A stretch of DNA of 64,000 bases from Deltaproteobacteria bacterium. Lineage in GTDB: Bacteria; Myxococcota; Kuafuiibacteriia; Kuafuiibacteriales; Kuafuiibacteriaceae. The notes beneath the pieces were generated by a model. It was not told the DNA's origin. It made no database searches and saw only the letters and a list, made by a program, of their open reading frames with translations. The number at the start of each line of letters is the position of its first letter. The first letter of the stretch is position 1. Shown here piece by piece: positions 25,690-36,489 of this stretch. Location of the stretch: NCBI GenBank assembly GCA_040218735.1, contig JAVJQW010000047.1, positions 64,001 through 128,000 of the forward strand. The letters run 5' to 3'. The translations under genes and the position numbers were made by a program.

Positions 25690-28116
25690 ATGCGCGTTCC
25701 CTCCTGCGTCGCGTTACTCGCGCTGACGGCGTGTACGTCGGTCGACCCGCTGCCGTTCGAGGTGGACGGCGTGCCGGGCGACCTCGTCGTGGTCGTGACC
25801 GTCGCGGACGACGTCGTCACCTCGCGTCGCGTGACACGCTGGGAGGACGCCCCGATCCTCACGGTCGCGGACGACGAGGCGCTGCACTTGTCGCTCATCC
25901 GCGCGGGGGGCCTCGTCGACGCGGCGGGTGTCCCGCTCGCCGACGAACGACTCGACGCCGTCGCCGTCCGCCCCGCCGAGCGCGGCGCGTGTCGCGGCGC
26001 CACCACGACGGCGCCGCAGATCGTGTACCCCGGCGACGTCTGCCCGCTGCCGCCGTTCGCGGAGCACTTCGCCGATCCCCCCGACGCTCCGCGCCCCGCG
26101 CTCTCGCTGGTGTGGCCGGGGTCGACGACCTGCGACCTCGACACCAACGATCCACCGACGTCCGTGACCTGGTCGCTCCAAGCCCCCGACCCGAGCTTCT
26201 GGCCGCACGCGGTCTACGCCGTCGTGCCCGGTACGAACACGATCGGCGCGTTCGGGGAGCACCACGCGATCGCCGTCCCGAGCGGCGCCACCGCGACGCC
26301 GCCGTTCGTGAACAGCGTCATCTCCGCGGTCGGGGTCGCGGACGGCTTCGTCGTCGCGTCGCACAACCCCGCGCGTGTGTTGCGCACCGACGTCACCCAC
26401 TTCGATCCCAACCTCGGCGTCCTGCGCGGACCGCGCGACGTCGGCTTCCGCCCCGAGCGCATGCGCCGTCACGGCGACGCGCTGATCGTGGCCGGCGAGG
26501 GCCCGCAGCTGCGCCAACCGAAGGCACGCATCTGCGACACGTCGCTCGACACGTGCAGCAACCTGAACCCGGACGAGCTCGGGTTCCTCGGACGCGCGAT
26601 GCTCGACGCGACCCCCCTCGCCGACGGCGCGCTCCTCGCGATCGGCGACCACGGGCTCCTCGTCGTCGAACGCATCCCCGGCGCCGACGAGGTCCTCGAC
26701 GTCACCACCGATCTCCTCGAGGGCAGCCAGGCGCGCGGCACGTTGTCCACGACGACCGGCACCGTCGCGTGGAACGCGTTCGCCAAGGTCTTCGCAGGGC
26801 GCGACGAGGCGTTCGTGCGCGACTACCGGATGCTGCGCGTCGCGCAGCTCGCGGACGGACGCGTGTTGTTCTGCGCGAGCGCCGCCGACACGCTCGTCCT
26901 GACGGGAGACATCGGCCGACGCCACGCCCTCGCCCGCCCCGACCCACTGACGATCGTGGCGCAGGTCCCCGGTCGTTGCAGCGGCGTCTCCGTGGACGGC
27001 GAAGCGCTGCGTGTCACCACCGACGTCGGCGCGAACGTCGTCGTCGGCGTCGACGTCGAAACGACACCTCGAGTGGTGCTCCCGAACGTCGGCGTCCCGG
27101 CGTACCTCGACACCCTCGAAGACGTCACGATCGCGGCGCGCGCGGACGGCGCGGTGTTCGAGCGCAGCGGCGAAACCTTCGCGCCACGGTACGTCCCCGC
27201 GATGGCTCTGCCCGGAGCGCCGGTCGAGATCTTCGAGGCGTTCGCGCTCTTCGCCGACGGCGCGATCCAGAACTTCGACGGAGTCGATCGCACGCTCGTC
27301 ACCACCGCCACGGTCGTCGCCGCCGCCGAGAGCGCCGACGGCTTCGTCATCGTGCTCGCGGACGACGACGGCCTCGCGCTGCGCCGCACGGACGGCACCG
27401 ACTGGACCTCCGCGCCCGAACCCTTGGCGGTCGACGACGTACGCGATCTCGCCGTCGTCGCCTCCGGCGCGGTGGTCCTCGCCGACGCCCGCGGACGGCT
27501 CCACCTGCACGACGGGACGACCCGCACGATCGCCATCGACTGGGACGACCCGCTCACCGAGGTAGTCGAAACCGCACCCGGCCAACCGTTCGGGTGCGGC
27601 TTCAGCACGCACCCCGACGACGTGCTGCGCGCGGTCGCCGCGTGGGGCGGGACGGCCTGGGCTGCGGGCTGCGACGGCGCGCTCCTCCGCGTCGCCGCGT
27701 ACGCGGAGCCGCCGACCGCGACACGCGTCGCGTTCGTCTCGGATGCGCTCGGCACACGTTCGTTCTCTGCTGCGCTCGCCACCTGCCCTGACGAGCTCCT
27801 GCTCGGCACCGGGACCGACGGAAGCGACGACCCGCGCGTGTGGCGCTTCGCGGACTGCGAAGGTGTCCTCTGCGGGACCGACGCCGACCGCTTCATGCGG
27901 GCGCCGTCTGCGAGCCCCGCCGGCCTCGGCGGTGTCCTCGACCTCGCGCTTCGCGACGGACGAACACTCGTCGTGCACGAACGCGGCGTACACTTCCTCG
28001 GGAGCGACGCGCTGTTCCGCATCGAAGACCGGCCGTGGCGCGGCGGCTACCTCCCCGACGGCACCGCCGTGTTCACGACGTTCAACGGACGCTCGTTCTT
28101 CGGGCGGTCGGAGTAG
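25690..28116 (+). CDS. Large hypothetical lipoprotein, probable beta-propeller
   Basis: Lipobox LTAC; 808 aa of short beta-strand repeats; strong GC3 bias in this frame. Confidence 0.7.
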   Translation: MRVPSCVALLALTACTSVDPLPFEVDGVPGDLVVVVTVADDVVTSRRVTRWEDAPILTVADDEALHLSLIRAGGLVDAAGVPLADERLDAVAVRPAERGACRGATTTAPQIVYPGDVCPLPPFAEHFADPPDAPRPALSLVWPGSTTCDLDTNDPPTSVTWSLQAPDPSFWPHAVYAVVPGTNTIGAFGEHHAIAVPSGATATPPFVNSVISAVGVADGFVVASHNPARVLRTDVTHFDPNLGVLRGPRDVGFRPERMRRHGDALIVAGEGPQLRQPKARICDTSLDTCSNLNPDELGFLGRAMLDATPLADGALLAIGDHGLLVVERIPGADEVLDVTTDLLEGSQARGTLSTTTGTVAWNAFAKVFAGRDEAFVRDYRMLRVAQLADGRVLFCASAADTLVLTGDIGRRHALARPDPLTIVAQVPGRCSGVSVDGEALRVTTDVGANVVVGVDVETTPRVVLPNVGVPAYLDTLEDVTIAARADGAVFERSGETFAPRYVPAMALPGAPVEIFEAFALFADGAIQNFDGVDRTLVTTATVVAAAESADGFVIVLADDDGLALRRTDGTDWTSAPEPLAVDDVRDLAVVASGAVVLADARGRLHLHDGTTRTIAIDWDDPLTEVVETAPGQPFGCGFSTHPDDVLRAVAAWGGTAWAAGCDGALLRVAAYAEPPTATRVAFVSDALGTRSFSAALATCPDELLLGTGTDGSDDPRVWRFADCEGVLCGTDADRFMRAPSASPAGLGGVLDLALRDGRTLVVHERGVHFLGSDALFRIEDRPWRGGYLPDGTAVFTTFNGRSFFGRSE

Positions 28117-28138
28117 GGTCGGAGTAGGATCGGTCCGA

Positions 28139-29794
28139 ATGCGCCACGAGGACGAAACCGAGCGCACCCTCGATCGCTCGCAGTTCGAAGCCCAGCAGGA
28201 TCGCGGACGCCGACTGCGCCTCGTCGTCATCGGCGACGACCTCGTCACCACGCACCCGATCCCCACGCGCGGCACACTGCTCATCGGTCGCGACGCCGCG
28301 TGCGACGTCTTCGTCGACCACGCGTTGATCTCAAGAGAGCACGCGCGCGTCACCGCGTCCGAGGGGAGCGTCACCGTCGAGGACCTCGGCAGCCGCAACG
28401 GCACGCGCGTCGACGGACGTGCGTTGGAGCCGGGCCGCCCCGTCGAGATCTCCTCCGGGCAGTTGTTCGAAGTCGGCGAGACGTCCTGTCTGGTGCAGGC
28501 CTCCCACGCCGCCCCCCGGGCGCGTCGCCTCGCGACACACGGCTACTTCGAAGCACGCGTCGAAGCGTTGTGCGCGAGCGCCGCGGGCGGCTTCTCGGTG
28601 CTGCGCGTGCACCTCGGTGACGACGTCGACGCGGGCACCGCGCTCGCCGCGTTGAGCGAAGCCGACCTCGTCGGCAACTACGCCACCGGTGAGCTCGAAG
28701 CGCTCCTGCGGAGCCCCGACGCACGCGAGCGAGCGGAGACCCGGCTCACCGCATTGGAGGGGACGCGGTGCGGCGCTGCGGTCTTTCCGAGCGACGGCCG
28801 CACGGTGGACGAGCTCCTCGAGACGGCGTGTCGCCGAGTGCTCGGTCCGAGTCGAACGGCGCCGGCGGGGCGGATCGTCGCCGACCCGCGGATGAAGGAT
28901 CTGTACCGCGTCGTGGAGCGCGTCGCGCGCGGGACGATCAGCGTCCTTCTGCTCGGCGAGACGGGCGTCGGCAAGGAGGTCGTCGCGGAAGCGATTCACC
29001 GCGCCTCGCCGCGACGCCACCGCCCGTTCCTCCGCCTCAACTGCGCGGCGCTCTCCGACACACTCCTCGAGAGCGAGCTGTTCGGGCACGAGAAGGGAGC
29101 GTTCACCGGAGCGAGCGAGCAGCGCGCCGGCCTGCTGGAGTCGGCGCAGGGCGGGACGGTGATGCTCGACGAGCTCGGCGAGATGCCGTTGCCGACGCAA
29201 GCCAAGTTGCTCCGCGTCCTCGAGCAGCGGCAGGTGATGCGCGTGGGCGGGCGCGAGCCGATCGCGATCGACGTGCGCTTCGTCTCCGCGACGAACCGCG
29301 ACCTGGAGGCCGAAGTGCTGAGGGGGACGTTCCGGCAGGACGTCTACTTCCGCCTCAACGGCGCGGCGCTGACCGTGCCGCCGCTACGCGAGCGTCCGTT
29401 GGAGATCGACGCGCTCGCGGAGCAGTTCCTCGGGCAGGCGTCGGCGGACCTCGATCTGGATCCGCCGCTCGAGCTCTCCGACGCCGCGCGCGAGCTGTTG
29501 AAGGCCTACGCGTGGCCGGGCAACGTGCGCGAGCTGAAGAACGCGATCGAACGTGCGGCGCTGCTGACGACGGGCGACGCCGTGGAGCCGGAGCACCTCC
29601 CGATGGAGAAGATGTCGCTACCGCAGATCGGCGACGCGTCCTCCGCCGAACAGGCCGAGCGTCAGCGCATCCTCGACGCGCTCGAGAAGACCGCGGGCAA
29701 CCAGACCCGGGCCGCCGCGTTGCTCGGGATCGGGCGTCGCACGTTGACGACCAAGCTGACGAAGTACGGCATTCGCCGCCCGCGTAAGCGTTAG
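28139..29794 (+). CDS. FHA-domain sigma54-dependent transcriptional activator
   Basis: IGR..ISREHA..DLGSRNGT (FHA), degenerate GGDEF-like region, GETGVGKE, GAFTGA, LDELGE, WPGNVREL, C-terminal HTH. Confidence 0.93.
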   Translation: MRHEDETERTLDRSQFEAQQDRGRRLRLVVIGDDLVTTHPIPTRGTLLIGRDAACDVFVDHALISREHARVTASEGSVTVEDLGSRNGTRVDGRALEPGRPVEISSGQLFEVGETSCLVQASHAAPRARRLATHGYFEARVEALCASAAGGFSVLRVHLGDDVDAGTALAALSEADLVGNYATGELEALLRSPDARERAETRLTALEGTRCGAAVFPSDGRTVDELLETACRRVLGPSRTAPAGRIVADPRMKDLYRVVERVARGTISVLLLGETGVGKEVVAEAIHRASPRRHRPFLRLNCAALSDTLLESELFGHEKGAFTGASEQRAGLLESAQGGTVMLDELGEMPLPTQAKLLRVLEQRQVMRVGGREPIAIDVRFVSATNRDLEAEVLRGTFRQDVYFRLNGAALTVPPLRERPLEIDALAEQFLGQASADLDLDPPLELSDAARELLKAYAWPGNVRELKNAIERAALLTTGDAVEPEHLPMEKMSLPQIGDASSAEQAERQRILDALEKTAGNQTRAAALLGIGRRTLTTKLTKYGIRRPRKR

Positions 29795-31290
29795 CGCGCT
29801 TGCTCGTAGCGTTCGATGCAGTCGGCGAGCTCCGAGGCGTCGGCGCGGAAGCCCGCGAGGGAAGCGCAGCGCGCGACGGAGGTGCGGTCTTCGTCGGACG
29901 GGAGGCGCTGCGCCGCGCGCTCGAGCGCCTTGGCCGCAGCGACCACCGACGCAGGATCCGACGGGTCGAAGTTGAACGCCGGAGCGGGAGGGGGCGGCGG
30001 GGGCGAGCCGACGTCGGCGCGGCGCGGTCGGAGCGGTCGGCGCGGGCTGAGCGGTCGGAGCGAGCGAGCGGGCCGGGCGTCCGCGGAGGGCGCCTCAACG
30101 GCGCGGTCGTCGGCGGGTCGGGCCACCGCCCCCGGCTCCGGAGCGACCCGCTCGACCGGGTCCGCGATCGGACCCGGCGCGCGCGACGCGACGACGGCGG
30201 CGACGCCCACGACGACCGCGAGCAGGAAGCCGATCAGCGCGGCGGAGCGCGGGCGCGGCGGAGCGACGGGTCGCGTGGGCACGGGCGTCGCGGACGTGAG
30301 GTCGCGCGGGAGGACCGCGGTGAGCGCGGGGGTTTCGATCGAACGCGTCAGCGAGTCGACCGCCACCCCCGTCTCGGCGCGGACGGGCGCGGGAGCGCGG
30401 AGGGCCTCGACGAGCGCGATGCGGAACGCTTCACACGAATCGAAGCGCTCCTTCGCCGAGAACGCGAGGGCACGGTGCACGGCGTCGTCGAACGCGCGGG
30501 AGAGCTCGGGGCGAAACGGTGCTGCGCGCGGCCTCGGTTCGAAGACGATGCGGCGCACGACGTCGGCGTGTGCGTTGGCGCCTTCGCTCGAGATCGCGCC
30601 GGACTGGATCGAAGCCGGTCGTCCGTCCACGCCGTGCGCGAACGGCCTTCGCAGCGTCGCGAGCTCGTACGCGATGACCGCGAGGGCGAACTGGTCGGCG
30701 CGTTCGTCGGCCGGGTCGCCGCGGATCTGCTCGGGCGACATGTACATCAGCGTGCCCATCATGCGTCCGACGGTGGTCTGGTCCGACGCGTCGACCTGGA
30801 CCTTGGCGATCCCGAGGTCGAGGAGGCACACCCGGTCCACGGCGCCGTCGACCTCGGTGACCATGACGTTCGTGGGTTTGAGATCCCGGTGCACGGCGCC
30901 CTCGGCGTGCACGGCCGCAAGGGCTGCGGTGAGACGATCGATCACGTGAACGATCTCGTCCTGCGTAAAACGGGACCCCGACGAAGCGCGGGCCCACATG
31001 AGCTCCCGGAGCGTCACGCCGGGAGCGAGCTCCATGGCGAGGTAGAGGGGCGCCCGTTCGGTGCTCGCGGCGACGACGCGCACCACGTTTTCGTTGTCGA
31101 TCGCCCGGAGGACTTCGACTTCGCGCGCGAAGCGTTCGACGGCTTTCTGCCGCGCCGCGACCTCGGGTTTGAGGAGCTTGAGCGCGACGTCGTCGCCCCC
31201 TTCGAGATCCTCGGCGAGCCACACCTCGCCGAACGCCCCCGCGCCGAGGGCCTTGCGCAATCGAAAGCGCCCGTCGACCGTCCGTTCCAA
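29791..31290 (-). CDS. Membrane Ser/Thr protein kinase
   Basis: LGAGAFGEV, VALKLL, HRDLKPTN, DLG, GTLMYMSPEQ, one TM helix. Confidence 0.92.
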   Translation of the reverse strand: MERTVDGRFRLRKALGAGAFGEVWLAEDLEGGDDVALKLLKPEVAARQKAVERFAREVEVLRAIDNENVVRVVAASTERAPLYLAMELAPGVTLRELMWARASSGSRFTQDEIVHVIDRLTAALAAVHAEGAVHRDLKPTNVMVTEVDGAVDRVCLLDLGIAKVQVDASDQTTVGRMMGTLMYMSPEQIRGDPADERADQFALAVIAYELATLRRPFAHGVDGRPASIQSGAISSEGANAHADVVRRIVFEPRPRAAPFRPELSRAFDDAVHRALAFSAKERFDSCEAFRIALVEALRAPAPVRAETGVAVDSLTRSIETPALTAVLPRDLTSATPVPTRPVAPPRPRSAALIGFLLAVVVGVAAVVASRAPGPIADPVERVAPEPGAVARPADDRAVEAPSADARPARSLRPLSPRRPLRPRRADVGSPPPPPPAPAFNFDPSDPASVVAAAKALERAAQRLPSDEDRTSVARCASLAGFRADASELADCIERYEQAR

Positions 31291-31323
31291 GCGGGAGGAT
31301 CATAGCTGCTAACATCGGCCCTC

Positions 31324-32364
31324 GTGTCGCCCCTGTGGCTGATCGCCCTCGTGCCGCCCCTCGTCGCGGATCCGGCGCCGCCGCTCATCGTGGCGTCGGC
31401 GAGCCCGCGCGGCGTGACCCCGGCGCTCTCGAGCGCGGCGCTGCTGTCGGCGGTGGAGCGCGCGACGCCCTCACCGCTGGTGGTGCGAACGCCCGAACAG
31501 GTCGGTCTGGACGTCAACGCGCTGCTGGAGTGCCCGCTGGATCGCCGCCTCCTGTGCTGGACGGAGCGCACCGCGGCCGCGGCGGCGGACGCCGTATTAC
31601 TCGTCGTATCGATGGTGGAGGGCGCCGAGGGGACGACGTACACCGGCGTCCTCGTGGACGTTCGCATCGAGGCCACCTCGTCCGACCGCAGCGAAAACGC
31701 AATCTACGCAAGGGCCCCTCGCTTCGACCGAAGCGGCGTACGAAGTGACGGGCTCGCGGCCGCGCTCCAAGCCGACGTCGCGCGAGCGCTCGCGACGCTG
31801 GTCGCGCAGCGCGACGACCTCGTGCCCTGGGGTGAGGTCGAGCTCGCCGCCCGCGCGGGTCGCACCGTGCGCGTGGACGGCCGAGCCGTCGGCGTCACGC
31901 GGGACACCACCGCGATCCGCCTTCGTCCCGGCTCGCGACGCATCGCGCTCGACGAAGGTGAGATCGAGCGGGTCGTCGAGGTCCCCTCCGCGGGCCGCGT
32001 CCACCTCGACCTGACCCAGACGGCGAGCCACCCGCTCCACCCCGTGAGCGCCTGGGCCGGCGTCGGCGTCGGGGCGCTGGGCGCCGCCGTCCTGGTCACC
32101 GCGGCCGCGACCAACTCCGGACGTCAGTACTCCTGGGGGGCCCCGCCCGCCGCGAACGGCTGGACGGACTCCTGTGATCTCTTCGGCGGCTGCAACGATG
32201 GCGTCCCCCTCGCCCCGCTCGGCGCGGCGCTGCTCGGCGCGGGCGCGACGGCGGCGCTGACCTACGGCTTCGTCGCCGACGGTGAGGACTACGAATGGTG
32301 GTGGTCCGCGCTCGCCGCGGGCCTCGGCGTCGTCACCTACGGCGTCATGGCGGTCGCGAACTGA
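31324..32364 (+). CDS. Hypothetical exported/membrane protein with PEGA-like segment
   Basis: Signal peptide, VRVDGRAVG..LRPGSRRI, C-terminal hydrophobic helices. Confidence 0.6.
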   Translation: MSPLWLIALVPPLVADPAPPLIVASASPRGVTPALSSAALLSAVERATPSPLVVRTPEQVGLDVNALLECPLDRRLLCWTERTAAAAADAVLLVVSMVEGAEGTTYTGVLVDVRIEATSSDRSENAIYARAPRFDRSGVRSDGLAAALQADVARALATLVAQRDDLVPWGEVELAARAGRTVRVDGRAVGVTRDTTAIRLRPGSRRIALDEGEIERVVEVPSAGRVHLDLTQTASHPLHPVSAWAGVGVGALGAAVLVTAAATNSGRQYSWGAPPAANGWTDSCDLFGGCNDGVPLAPLGAALLGAGATAALTYGFVADGEDYEWWWSALAAGLGVVTYGVMAVAN

Positions 32365-32370
32365 CCCGCT

Positions 32371-33927
32371 TCAGTAGGAGAAGCGGTACGCGACGTAGAC
32401 CTGGTCGGTGTTGGTGTACGCGCCGCCGATGCTCGTGGCGGTCCCCTCCAGCGCGAAGCCGCCAAGGGTCAGCTGATGGTGGTCGTCGACACGCCAGGTC
32501 ACGGCGGGCGCGATCCCGAAGTCACCGCGGGTGAAGGTGGCGAGCAAGCCGAGCTCGAACCTCAACTCGCCGTCGAACGCGGAGAAGAACATCGCGGCGA
32601 CGGCGCCCGGCAGCACGACGTCGCGGTCGCCGTCCGGGAGCGTCGACGGCGGCGGGTCGCGCGGCTCGAAGAAGTTGAGGCGTTTGTTGTTCAGGACGTC
32701 GCGCACGACGATCGCAAACGCCTCGACGATGATCTGCAGACGATCCGTCCAGTAGTACTCGAGACCCACCACCGCGTTGAGCCACGGGAGGCGGAACGGA
32801 TCGAAGTTCTGATCGTAGACGGTGCGCGCGAGGGTGTACGCGACGTCCGCCTTGATGACGAACGGATCCACGGCCCAGCTCGCGTCCACGCCGAACACGG
32901 TGCGCCGCAGGACCTCGCCGCGGAACAACGTCTGACCCATCTCGCTCTTGTCCTGCAACCGCGCGACGGCGGAGAGCACCTCCGGGTCGGCGAACGGGGG
33001 CGCCGCGTCCATCGCGTTGGCCTCGGCGAACTTCGATGCGACGAACGCGAGATCGTCGTCGAGCACCAGCCGCGGTACCGAGTCCCAGCCGTGCACCGCG
33101 GTGAAGGAGACGTCGAGGTCGTCCAGCGCGAGCGTCGCGCGTCCGCCGAGCGTCGCGTTGTCCAACCGCTGACTCGGGCGGTCCGTCAGCAGCACCTGAT
33201 CGCCGCCCGCGTCGACGTACGCGGGTGAGAACGCCGAGTCGACGGTCTCCTGCGGGAGCCCGATCAGCGGGCGCCCGGACAGCACCGAGAAGTCCCACGA
33301 CGTGAGATGAAAACGCGACGCGGTGAAGAACGGCGCGATGACGCCACGGAACGTGACCGGGCCGGTCGTCACCACCGCCTCCGCGCCGACGACGGGGATC
33401 TTCGTCCCTCCGGCCAGTGTCAACGCACCTTGCCGGTAGTCGACCGGGTTGAGGTTGTCGTTCGGCGAAACGAGGTCGCTGGAACCCCAGGCCCAGGTCA
33501 TCGCACCGACCCGCAGCGAGAGCGCCCCTTCGGCGTACCGGACCCAAGCCTCCGGCGTGAGGAAGTAGAGGATGGCGCGGTCGTCGCCTTCGCGATCGAG
33601 CGCAGCGACGTACGAGAACCTCGGCGCCGCGTAGGCGGAGAGCGACGAGGTGAAGTCCGCGTCGATCTCCAACGCACCGCCGAGGAGCAGCTCCGCGACC
33701 TGCTCGTTCGCGCGGTCGAAGCTCGTGTCGATCGACAACCGCGAGTCGAAGCGGGTGCTCACTCGCGCGCGCACATCGAACAGGGCGAGTGGTTCGTGCT
33801 CCTCCGACGCGTCGATGACGATCGCGTCGTCGCTCCCGTCGTCGATGATGATGATCTCGTCTTCCGCCGCGCTCGACGTCGCGACGGTCGCGGTCAGCAC
33901 GAGGAGGCTGAGGAGGGTGGCGTCCAA
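32371..33927 (-). CDS. Putative outer-membrane beta-barrel protein (DUF1302-like)
   Basis: Signal peptide, LRVGAMTWAWG..PNDNLNP.D, terminal VYVAYRFSY; adjacent to a LolA-like gene. Confidence 0.7.
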   Translation of the reverse strand: MDATLLSLLVLTATVATSSAAEDEIIIIDDGSDDAIVIDASEEHEPLALFDVRARVSTRFDSRLSIDTSFDRANEQVAELLLGGALEIDADFTSSLSAYAAPRFSYVAALDREGDDRAILYFLTPEAWVRYAEGALSLRVGAMTWAWGSSDLVSPNDNLNPVDYRQGALTLAGGTKIPVVGAEAVVTTGPVTFRGVIAPFFTASRFHLTSWDFSVLSGRPLIGLPQETVDSAFSPAYVDAGGDQVLLTDRPSQRLDNATLGGRATLALDDLDVSFTAVHGWDSVPRLVLDDDLAFVASKFAEANAMDAAPPFADPEVLSAVARLQDKSEMGQTLFRGEVLRRTVFGVDASWAVDPFVIKADVAYTLARTVYDQNFDPFRLPWLNAVVGLEYYWTDRLQIIVEAFAIVVRDVLNNKRLNFFEPRDPPPSTLPDGDRDVVLPGAVAAMFFSAFDGELRFELGLLATFTRGDFGIAPAVTWRVDDHHQLTLGGFALEGTATSIGGAYTNTDQVYVAYRFSY

Positions 33928-33928
33928 C

Positions 33929-34693
33929 TCAGCGCTCGAGCGCCTGTCGCGTCAGGTCGGCGGGATCGATCGCCTGGTCGAAGTCGACCTTCACGAGGAC
34001 CAGCTGCGTCGCGGTGGATCTCGACAGCGTCGCCATCTTCGAGTCCGTGGCGACCCAGCGGCCGTCCTTCTTCTCGAGGCGCCGGACCGTGAAGCGCTTC
34101 TTCACGGTGGCGCCCTTCTTCCCGTAGAAGTCGATCCGCATCGGGATGAGGTGTTTCTTGTGCACCCACACCACGCTCTTTCCGTAGTCCTCGTTCTGCG
34201 GGTGTTTGGGCGTCGCCTCCAGCACGTAGCAGTCCTGGCCGCCGATCTTCTCGTCCGCGAGGCGTTTGTAGGTCGCCGAGTCCGGGTCGCGGCCGTCGAG
34301 GTCCGCGTAGGAGAAGTCGGTGCCCATGAAGCTCCGCGTCCGTTGCGATCCGACGACGCGCTTCACCTTCTTGAAGGCCGGCAGGTAGATGTACTGGTCG
34401 GCGTCGCCGCCCTTCTCCTCCACCGAGAGGAAGCGCGTCCCCGCGACGTCCGACGGCGAAGTGAACTCCACGAAGCTCCGCACCTCGCCGTCGACGCGCA
34501 GCACCTTCGTGATGATGCGTCGCTCGCGAACGACCTTCCCGTTCTTCGACATCGTCAGGTTGACGTCGGCCTGCGCGTTCGCCGTCGAGAACATGTTGTT
34601 GTTCAGCGCCTGCTTCGCGATCTGTTCGGCCGTGAGCTCCGCCGAAGCGGCGGGCGCCATCGCCATCACGGCGACGAGAACGAGCTGGTTCAT
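33929..34693 (-). CDS. Outer-membrane lipoprotein-sorting protein (LolA-like)
   Basis: F.SPSDVAGTRFL, QYIYLPAFKKVKR, SFMGTDFSYADL. Confidence 0.88.
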   Translation of the reverse strand: MNQLVLVAVMAMAPAASAELTAEQIAKQALNNNMFSTANAQADVNLTMSKNGKVVRERRIITKVLRVDGEVRSFVEFTSPSDVAGTRFLSVEEKGGDADQYIYLPAFKKVKRVVGSQRTRSFMGTDFSYADLDGRDPDSATYKRLADEKIGGQDCYVLEATPKHPQNEDYGKSVVWVHKKHLIPMRIDFYGKKGATVKKRFTVRRLEKKDGRWVATDSKMATLSRSTATQLVLVKVDFDQAIDPADLTRQALER

Positions 34694-34694
34694 C

Positions 34695-36416
34695 TCACTC
34701 TTCCTCCTCCAAGGTCGCGCCGAGGTCCAGGATGTCGGTGTCCCCGATGTACGGGATGCGTTTGTAGCGGGTCAGCTGACCGAGTCGACGCACGCTCTCC
34801 GCCATCCGATCGGCCTCCGCAAGCAGCGTCTCCAGGTACGGGCTCGCCACGTTGTCCGCCTCGACCTTGCGCATCATCAACTCGACGGTCCCCATGATCG
34901 ACGTCAGCGGTTGGTTGAGCTCGTGCGCCGCGGCGCCGGCGAGCTCCATCACCGCGGACTGGCGCTCCGACAGCGCGATCTTCTCCTGCGCCTTCTCGAG
35001 CTGGGCTTCGAGGTCGAGGCGCTCCCGCAGGTCCGCGAAGATCCCCACCGTCGCGACCTCGCGACCCTGGTCGTAGACGATCGCCGCCGCGAGGTTGACC
35101 GGGACGACCTCGCCACACTTGGTCATCAGGTTCTGCCGCCGCTCCTGGAGCTTTCCGTGACCGCCGAAGTCCGCGGAGCGCAGCTCTTCGAGGATCCGCC
35201 GCGCCTGCTTCTGCGGATACATCCGAGCGACGTCGGCACCGATCATCTCCTCCGCCGTCCACCCGGTGATCTGCTCCGCGATGGGGTTGAAGATGATGAT
35301 GCGGCCGTTCATGTCGGCGGCCACGATCGCGTCCGCGCTCGAAGCGATCAGGTTGGTGAGGAAGTCCTTCGTGCGACGGAGCTCGTCCTCCATCGCACGG
35401 GTCGTGGTGACGTCGCGGAACGAAACGATCGCGGTGGCCGTGCGCCGGTTCACGCCCGAGGACGAGGGGCGACGCGAACGATCGACGATGTCCGGGAGGT
35501 CGTCGTCGCCGGCGGCGTCGGCGAGCGGAGCGCTCGTCATGGACAGCACAGCGTTTTCGCCGTCGGCCTTGAGCACGACGAGGTCCTGGTCGCGCACGTG
35601 CCGGCCCTCGAAGATCGCCTGCATGATGCCGTCGAGATCTTCGCGCGACTGCTCCTGCACGATGTCGCCGAGGCGAATCCGAGACATGTCGTCGGCGCCG
35701 AACCCCAGAATCGCGCGCGCCGCGCGGTTCGCGAACAGCATGCGCCCCGACCCGTCGACGATCATCAGACCGTCCCCCGCGAAGTCGAAGAAACGTTGGT
35801 ACTTCTCGATCTGCTCGAGCCGGCGCTCGGCTCGGAGGCGCTCCGACACGTTTCGTTGGCTGCGGTTGCGCACCGTCTCGTAGAGGCGCGCGTTGCGGAG
35901 CGCGATGCTCGCGACGTTGGCGACGATGCGACCGAAGCGAATCTCGCGCGGGGCGAGCTGACGCTCCCGCGTGTTCTCGGTGCGGAGGTGCAAGACACCT
36001 TGCACGCGCCGATCGAGGACGACCGGGAAGAGCACCGTGCTGCCGACGGGTTTGTTGGCGATCTTCTCGCGCACCGAATCGAAGATCGGCGCGCGGTGTA
36101 CGTCGTCGACGATGAACGGCGCGTACATCCGTATCGTCTCGCGGATCTCCGGGTAGTCGTCGAGGTCGATCGCGAGGTGGGTGACCGACGGATCGTCAGA
36201 GCTCGCCACGATGAACCCCGCGCGGTGATCGTCGTCGAGGACGATGATCGAACATCGGTCGGAGCCCAGGACGTCGGCCATCAGCTCCGAGATGGAGAAG
36301 AGCGTCCCCTCGATCTTCGACGTGGCGGTCAGGGCCTCGGAGAGGTCGAGGAGCTTGTCGAGGTCGCGCTCGGCGCGATCCAGGCGGTCCTCGACATGAC
36401 GCTCCGAGCGGTCCAT
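34695..36416 (-). CDS. GAF-PAS-PAS-HisKA protein lacking the HATPase domain
   Basis: GAF (DRCSI..IALRNARLYE), two PAS domains, H-box AAAHELNQPLT; protein ends about 75 aa later with no N/G1/G2 boxes. Confidence 0.85.
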   Translation of the reverse strand: MDRSERHVEDRLDRAERDLDKLLDLSEALTATSKIEGTLFSISELMADVLGSDRCSIIVLDDDHRAGFIVASSDDPSVTHLAIDLDDYPEIRETIRMYAPFIVDDVHRAPIFDSVREKIANKPVGSTVLFPVVLDRRVQGVLHLRTENTRERQLAPREIRFGRIVANVASIALRNARLYETVRNRSQRNVSERLRAERRLEQIEKYQRFFDFAGDGLMIVDGSGRMLFANRAARAILGFGADDMSRIRLGDIVQEQSREDLDGIMQAIFEGRHVRDQDLVVLKADGENAVLSMTSAPLADAAGDDDLPDIVDRSRRPSSSGVNRRTATAIVSFRDVTTTRAMEDELRRTKDFLTNLIASSADAIVAADMNGRIIIFNPIAEQITGWTAEEMIGADVARMYPQKQARRILEELRSADFGGHGKLQERRQNLMTKCGEVVPVNLAAAIVYDQGREVATVGIFADLRERLDLEAQLEKAQEKIALSERQSAVMELAGAAAHELNQPLTSIMGTVELMMRKVEADNVASPYLETLLAEADRMAESVRRLGQLTRYKRIPYIGDTDILDLGATLEEEE

Positions 36417-36489
36417 CCGCGGCGCGGACCTTAACCCAGGATGCCCCCGTGCCCCCACCCCGGTGGGACGGTCGGGGCGGCCGTTCACT

